Part shown: piece by piece, positions 58,732-64,000 of the stretch
Position numbering within the stretch: the stretch's first letter is position 1
Layout of the letters: each line of letters begins with the position of its first letter
DNA from: an uncultured Dehalococcoidia bacterium
GTDB taxonomy: Bacteria > Chloroflexota > Dehalococcoidia > Lucifugimonadales > UBA3495
Assembly: GCA_964587795.1 (NCBI GenBank)
Contig: CAZPMU010000005.1
Span: 15,723-79,722 of the forward strand
Length of the DNA stretch: 64,000 bases
Direction: 5' to 3'
The notes under the pieces: generated by a model
The model's database searches: none
What the model saw: the letters and a program-made list of their open reading frames with translations, nothing else
What the model was told of the DNA's origin: nothing
Program-made: the position numbers and the translations under genes

Positions 58732-59868
58732 CTACACGAAGGCCATCTGCTCGAAATGCCCGCCTACGATGGGTACCGCGTCCAGTCCCAGCCACTTTTC
58801 CGCCAGGGTGGAGTAGAAGCCCCGGAAGTCGTAGCTGGGCGCCAGGTCTCCCTCCGTGAGGTCCCCCGGCTGCAACGAGGGATAGGTACCATACATTCCG
58901 CCCTTCACCCGTTCGCCGATGACGAAGGCCGCACCGGCCGCCCCGTGGTCGGTACCGGTGCCATTATCGCGGACGCGGCGGCCAAACTCGCTGAACAGCA
59001 TAAGCACCACCTCTTCCGAAGCGTCGTGTTCACGAAGGTCGGCGAGGAAGTCCCGTATTGCGACGGACACGTCCATCCAGAGCTTGGTATGCGACCCCAT
59101 CTGGTCGTAGTGGGTGTCGAAGGACCCGTAGGCCGTGTAGAACACCTGCGTGCCCAGGCCGGCCAGGTGTACCTGGGCCACGTCCCTGAGCCGCCTGGCG
59201 ATGGGATTGTTGGCGTACTCGACGTTGGAGGAATAGGTCTCGGGCGCCACCCGGATGATGTCGGCGCCCTTCAAGGCATCCCGCCCCGCCTGCCCCAGGT
59301 ATTCCATGGTGGGGCCGCTGCCGATGGCCGGCGCGTACATGCGGGCAAAGCTGTCCAGCAGCTGGTTGCGCTCTTGCTCAGACCCGATTCCGGGATTTGA
59401 TGACAGCACCCCGTAGGACGGAAGGTGGTTGACGGAAGTAACCGGAACCCCTCGCATGGTCAGCGCCCGCGGCAAGCCCTGGCCCAGGTTCACTCCCTTC
59501 AGCACGTTTTCGCCGGCAGGGTCCAGGTCTCGTATCACCTTGGCGAGCCAGCCGTCAGTCCCGATGGAGTCCGGCTCGCAGGTATGCCAGATGTCCATGG
59601 CGCGAAAGTGAGAGCGGGGCGAATTTTCAAACCCGATTCCGTGAATGATTGCCATGTCGCCCTGATCGTAGATGTCCTTCAACGGCTCAATGTCAGACCG
59701 AAATGCCAGTTCGTCATCGATGGGCAGTACCTGGTCTTCAGAGATATGGACCTTGGGCCGGTTATCCCAGTACAGAGGATTACTATAGGGAACGATGGTA
59801 TTGAGGTAATCGTTGGCCCCGGTCAGTTCCATTACCACCAGAACGGGGTCCTTATAAGTTGATGCCAT
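58732..59868 (-). CDS. DUF1501 domain protein (sulfatase-fold)
   Basis: VVMELTGANDYLN, SFDTH and GTGTDHGAAG blocks. The ATG at 59868 with AGAGGA upstream is preferred over the TTG at 59874. Confidence 0.88.
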   Translation of the reverse strand: MASTYKDPVLVVMELTGANDYLNTIVPYSNPLYWDNRPKVHISEDQVLPIDDELAFRSDIEPLKDIYDQGDMAIIHGIGFENSPRSHFRAMDIWHTCEPDSIGTDGWLAKVIRDLDPAGENVLKGVNLGQGLPRALTMRGVPVTSVNHLPSYGVLSSNPGIGSEQERNQLLDSFARMYAPAIGSGPTMEYLGQAGRDALKGADIIRVAPETYSSNVEYANNPIARRLRDVAQVHLAGLGTQVFYTAYGSFDTHYDQMGSHTKLWMDVSVAIRDFLADLREHDASEEVVLMLFSEFGRRVRDNGTGTDHGAAGAAFVIGERVKGGMYGTYPSLQPGDLTEGDLAPSYDFRGFYSTLAEKWLGLDAVPIVGGHFEQMAFV

Positions 59869-59993
59869 TGTCAAATCCTCTACATCAAAAGCCGCTTCCC
59901 CCGTCAGAAGGGAAGGCTGGGATGGGGGTGCGTCCTACTGCTACTTCAATAATCCCTTCGTCCTCGACGCAGGAAGGGACTTTGAAACCGCTT

Positions 59994-61403
59994 CTATGCG
60001 AACTGGTACTCCCGTGAGGAGGCAATCAGGGTCAATATCCTGCTTACACTTCGCAGTGAAGCAATGAGTTCTTCCCCGGTATTCCATGCCAGATCGCCAC
60101 ATTTGTCGGCGTGGACCATTAGTTCAGCGTGGGTCTCCTCGCCCACTTCCAACGGCCCCATGGCATCAAGACAGGCCGCCACAATCGCCTCTGGGGAATT
60201 GTCTCCCTGCAGAGCTACAATAACCTGCTTGAAAATAGCCTGCACGCCGGGCAGGGAAATGTCTCCGAATACCCTGGCGGCAAAATTCACCCGCCGCATC
60301 AACACGCCGGGGTCAATCCATTCGGAGCCGGTGTGCCAGCCTTCTACGCTGGGCGGATTAAGCAATTCCTGTCCCTGCCAGCCGCATTCGAGGGCCAGGT
60401 TATTGAACCCCGGCTTGAAGCCGTTAAAGTTACCGACCATCCGCACGGTGCCCACTATCAGTTCAGCGGGGCATTTCACCCGGGCAAACCGGGCGTTCTT
60501 GAAGAACTCCGAATTGAACAGCGACCTTAAGACAGACCGGATGTCGCCCCTGGATTCATTGTAGGCTTCCACCAGAAATTCAATGGCGTCAGGGTCAACG
60601 GGCGGCGTAATGTTCCAACTGGCAACATGGGGCTCGTCGGCGACGAAGAATCTGTATAGGTGGCGGGCCAGGAACCGGGCCGCAGCCGGCTGGCCCACAA
60701 TTATGTCCACGATGTCTTCGCCGTTGAAATTGCCAGTATGTCCCAGGAAGGTCTTCTGTCGATAGTCGTGCTCCTCGGGCCTGTACTCGAACTGCCAGTG
60801 GAAACGGCCGTAAGGGTTGCGGGGAATCTTGGGAACAATCGTCCACCCGGTAAAGGCCCTGGCCGCTTCCTTGATGTCATCCTCTGTGTAGTTGCCCACG
60901 CCAAGGGAGAAAAGCTCCAGCAACTCCCGCCCCCAGTTCTCATTTATGGCGCCGTCACGATTTCCGTGGTTGTCCAGCCAGAAAATCATGGCTGGCGACT
61001 TTGCCACCTCTACCAGCAGGTCGCGGAAAGTGCCCAGCCCGTGCTCTCGGAAAATGGCAATCTGGCGCGTCATTTCCGGTGGATTGTCCACCTTGGAATT
61101 GCCGGTGGCGAACAACTGATGCCAGAAGAGGGCCATTTTCTCTTCCAGGGGCCGCTGGGTGTTGATCATCCGATACACCCAGTTGGCCTGATTAATGGGC
61201 GGCGCCCCGGCCCCCTCATAACCGGGGAAGTACCGGTACAGCAGTTCCTCGTCTATGGCCGGCTGCCGCTCCGGGTGCAAAAGTTCCTCCACCACTGCTT
61301 CGTAGCCTTGGGACACACGCCGTTCCAGGTCCTTGCGGGTGTCGCCGAACCCGGCGCGTCGCATCAGGTGGGCCATCAATCGAATGTCTTCCTGGTGGGA
61401 CAT
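59994..61403 (-). CDS. DUF1800 domain protein
   Basis: HLMRRAGFG, ALFWHQLFATG, NENWGRELLELFSLGVGNYTE and the usual pairing with DUF1501. ATG at 61403 (GGAGAA 6 nt upstream). Confidence 0.88.
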   Translation of the reverse strand: MSHQEDIRLMAHLMRRAGFGDTRKDLERRVSQGYEAVVEELLHPERQPAIDEELLYRYFPGYEGAGAPPINQANWVYRMINTQRPLEEKMALFWHQLFATGNSKVDNPPEMTRQIAIFREHGLGTFRDLLVEVAKSPAMIFWLDNHGNRDGAINENWGRELLELFSLGVGNYTEDDIKEAARAFTGWTIVPKIPRNPYGRFHWQFEYRPEEHDYRQKTFLGHTGNFNGEDIVDIIVGQPAAARFLARHLYRFFVADEPHVASWNITPPVDPDAIEFLVEAYNESRGDIRSVLRSLFNSEFFKNARFARVKCPAELIVGTVRMVGNFNGFKPGFNNLALECGWQGQELLNPPSVEGWHTGSEWIDPGVLMRRVNFAARVFGDISLPGVQAIFKQVIVALQGDNSPEAIVAACLDAMGPLEVGEETHAELMVHADKCGDLAWNTGEELIASLRSVSRILTLIASSREYQFA

Positions 61404-61458
61404 TACCACTTCTCCGTTTTTCGAACCCGAAACACCAGGTCAGGGGCTCGTTCTCACC

Positions 61459-61487
61459 ATATTAGGTTTGGCTAATTCGGATGTCAA
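61459..61487 (-). promoter_or_regulatory. Candidate sigma70-type promoter of the DUF1800-DUF1501-NHL-deacetylase gene string
   Basis: Minus strand reads TTGACA (61487-61482), 17 nt, TAATAT (61464-61459), about 50 nt upstream of the start codon. Sequence match only. Confidence 0.4.
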
Positions 61488-61841
61488 CGAAGGGGACGAG
61501 CTTCCCTTCATGAACACGACAACCAGGCAGGCTCTTTGTGTGGATTCAGGAACCTCCCTTATCTTTCTGACCTAATATGCCCGATTGGCCTGGCAGCAGT
61601 GAACGGATAAACCGGGCGGAAGGTATCCGGTTTGGTCGTTGAGTGAATTGCTGCCCCTGGATTTGTCGGTGGCATTATTTCTGGAGGCCCTGCAAGCAGA
61701 TGTTCGGGGTTCTGGTTCAGCCGAACTCAGGTAAATGGGCATTGGAAACTACCCTGGAGACGTTGACGCCTTCATCACGGGGCATTTTCAGAGACAGACA
61801 GGAGTTATCCTGTTAGTTACCCCACCCTGGCAGTGGGCATA

Positions 61842-63122
61842 CTAGCGGCTGCTAACCCAGAAGTCGTTGGACTTCTTGTCAAACTTTCCGTTGCCCGCCA
61901 GGTCGTCCAGCCAAATCCAGGTCTTGTTCAACCACCGCCACCGGCAGTTTCGTATGAAGAAGCGGGGAATTGCGTACTTCCTGCTGGGCGGCTTGGTCCA
62001 GGCGCACCGGCGCACGCAGGTGCTGCATGTGCTCCCCACCCGATTCTGGTAAGTCATGCACTTCTTTGCATCCAGCTTCCAGGTAAGCACCCCGGTCGCG
62101 TTGCTCTCGTCTATGGGGTCGAAACTGCGTTCGCCCGTCGTAATGGCTTTCGTGCCGCACTTCGGAACGCACTTCAGGCACGCATTGCAGAATTCGGTGA
62201 TGCCCGAATCCACTGCGCCGGCGGGCTCCAGCGGAAGGTCGGTGAAAATCTTGGATATGCGGCAGCGCGCCCCAACCCTGGGGTTTATCAACATACCGTG
62301 TCTCCCCACCTGGCCGAGACCCGCATCAATAGCCAGCGGAATGCTGAGGGCCGTATCATTGGCCGCGGGGAGGGCGTTGTAGCCCAGACCCCTTATGAAC
62401 TCGGCCACCATCCAAAGGGTGGGCGCCATGCGGGCGTATGCCAGCGTGCTGAGACCCTCGGTTAAAAGGGTGGGAGCATGCTCCGTGCCGTCCAGGTCCT
62501 TTCCCCATTCGTGGAGCATCACCACCACGTACTTCATCTCCTTGGGAATAACCCGGGTGCCGTCTTCGAGGCGAACGGGTTGGTCATGCTCTTCGTACCC
62601 CGGTTCGTCGGAAAACTTGATGGGGAAGGCCTCTTTCGTCTCCGCGTCAAAGTAATGGGAATAAACCCAGCGACGGTCAAGCTCGGCAAACCCTACCTGG
62701 TCCGCGCCCAAAAGTTCCGCAGCCTTTCGCACTATCTGAGAGGCTTCCCCGGGGGAGGTTTCCGGCCGACCCACCGGCGAGGGTTCCAATTCCGATTGCC
62801 AGGCAGTGGCCGGCGTGTCCGGCTGGTTCTTGGAGAAGTTCATCAATGAGAGCAAGGAATCCGCCGCTGAGTCCAAAGCCCAGGCGGTAGACTCGTACCC
62901 GACGCGTCCCTTGTCCATCAGCAGGCGCTGTTTGTCCTTCAGCTTGTCTCTTTCAGCCTTGTAATAGGCGTCCCAGACCATCTGGGAACCCATGTGGTCT
63001 CTCTGGTTAAACCGGACGTACGAGTCCTGCACCTGGTACATTTCTGCGGCCGTAACGCGACCGTCCCCGGCAGAATTTCCTTCCGTACCGGATTTAGCAC
63101 CCCGCCGCATTCCCAGTTTCAT
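61842..63122 (-). CDS. Reductive dehalogenase (RdhA) family homolog, cytoplasmic type
   Basis: C-terminal CNACLKCVPKC (Cx2Cx2Cx3C) and C-x10-CSTCVRRC. Core DAGLGQVGRHGMLINPRVGARCRISKIFTDLPL matches the RdhA pattern. No Tat signal. AGGAGG SD. Confidence 0.8.
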   Translation of the reverse strand: MKLGMRRGAKSGTEGNSAGDGRVTAAEMYQVQDSYVRFNQRDHMGSQMVWDAYYKAERDKLKDKQRLLMDKGRVGYESTAWALDSAADSLLSLMNFSKNQPDTPATAWQSELEPSPVGRPETSPGEASQIVRKAAELLGADQVGFAELDRRWVYSHYFDAETKEAFPIKFSDEPGYEEHDQPVRLEDGTRVIPKEMKYVVVMLHEWGKDLDGTEHAPTLLTEGLSTLAYARMAPTLWMVAEFIRGLGYNALPAANDTALSIPLAIDAGLGQVGRHGMLINPRVGARCRISKIFTDLPLEPAGAVDSGITEFCNACLKCVPKCGTKAITTGERSFDPIDESNATGVLTWKLDAKKCMTYQNRVGSTCSTCVRRCAWTKPPSRKYAIPRFFIRNCRWRWLNKTWIWLDDLAGNGKFDKKSNDFWVSSR

Positions 63123-63347
63123 AGTGCGATACCTCCTGCCGGCAAAAGCCCGCTACATAGTGCGTTACGTCTGCAGTTTTTGCAAACAAACTTCGCCCAA
63201 CATACCCCCGAGCCTGCCAACCGGGCCGGGTCAGCAGGTAACGGGCAACAACCCTGCTTGTTGCCCAATCGCCGTCTTATTCCTTCCGGCTTGCGCCCAC
63301 CGGTTCAGGCCCTGAGCGCCACGCCGCACGAGCCTCGTTTACCGGCG

Positions 63348-63557
63348 TCAACAAGCTCCCTCCAGGCGCATTTCCCTGGCGCAATGCAGGCAGAGGTCGG
63401 ATCGCTTCATCTCTTCCCACAGATACCCAAAATCTTCAATCCAGAGGGCCGATTCCGAATCGGCTGGTATGTGGCGGCCGCAAAAAGTTATGAAGAAGGC
63501 AGCATCAAAGTCATCCCTGGCTTTGGTCAGGTATGAATGCCTGACGCCTCGCCGCAT
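63348..63557 (-). CDS. Small hypothetical protein (69 aa)
   Basis: Strong SD GGAAGGAGGGGG 4 nt upstream of the ATG. No recognisable family. Confidence 0.4.
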   Translation of the reverse strand: MRRGVRHSYLTKARDDFDAAFFITFCGRHIPADSESALWIEDFGYLWEEMKRSDLCLHCAREMRLEGAC

Positions 63558-63902
63558 TCAGCCCCCTCCTTCCGCTGCAGCTAGAGTAACCTGGGACCAT
63601 TCCTTTCCCGGACGGCTTATTGGATATTATGGGAAATGGGAACACGTTACAAGCCGCCACCGGACAAGCCTGAGATATACCCAAAATGCAAAGGCGGGTC
63701 CCCGAGGGCTCCGCTGCGGGCATGTGGAAATATAACTGGTGGAGTGATGGGTTCGAATTACATACCATTCTCCATCAAGCTCGAAGTCTTCGGCATCGAT
63801 GGCATAGAAGAGCCGATTCCGGAAGGTGCGAAGGTGCTGCCGGACATTGCCGTACCACCACCGGAAGTTGTCCCAATTGACGGGGCAGAGAGCTTTCTTA
63901 TC

Positions 63903-63935
63903 CAGTCTCAGCCCTAGTCTCAGCCCCAGTCTCAA
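63903..63935. repeat. 12-bp tandem repeat (cagtctcagccc), about 2.75 copies
   Basis: Units at 63903-63914, 63915-63926 and 63927-63935. Reads as LRLGLRLGLRL in the minus-strand ORF. Confidence 0.75.
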
Positions 63936-64000
63936 CATGGAACCCACCGTCGCATCGGCTCTGGTCTCGTGCCGAGGCGGGTCTTCCCCGTGGCGATGAA

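Noticed and set aside
63123-63347. Cobalamin riboswitch in the leader of the RdhA-like gene.
   Set aside because: Reading by eye found no B12-box-like GCCACTG / AGYCMGGnGaCCKGCC core. Only generic GC stems are present. A covariance-model scan would be needed to be certain.

Overview
High-GC bacterial chromosomal segment. Hand-counted samples give about 65% GC in core genes. The window is densely coding on both strands and contains no rRNA, tRNA or CRISPR array. The gene content (many LLM flavin oxidoreductases, VOC/glyoxalase paralogs, FAD oxidoreductases, a CaiB-type CoA transferase, a cytoplasmic RdhA-like protein, a DUF1800/DUF1501 pair, Rex, and System I cytochrome c maturation with a CxxxY CcmE) suggests a Chloroflexota-like aerobic heterotroph; this is inference only. 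Positions 1-8.6 kb carry an F-type ATP synthase operon (atpB-E-F-H-A-G-D ... atpC). The main observation is that this operon is split between atpD and atpC by a low-GC (about 43-50%), translationally coupled two-gene cassette. The cassette encodes a ComF-like phosphoribosyltransferase and a minimal DprA/Smf-like (SLOG Rossmann) protein. I cannot assign the pair to any named defence, toxin-antitoxin or competence system, and it is my top candidate for an undescribed system. The second observation is an in-frame TGA (50495-50497, minus strand) that joins two ORFs into one 575-codon reading frame. The TGA sits in a U-G-G-C (UxxC) redox-type motif and a hairpin lies 12 nt downstream, so this is a candidate selenoprotein. 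Other points: a variant ccm cluster (CcmE with CPSKY, no adjacent ccmA); an orphan cytoplasmic reductive-dehalogenase homolog; a methyltransferase frameshifted at a C4 run; a fragmented low-GC ORF pair; a structured 92-nt atpA-atpG spacer built from four CACGAAT units; and several families of short hairpin-forming intergenic repeats. All calls rest on reading the translations and DNA by eye. No database search was run.
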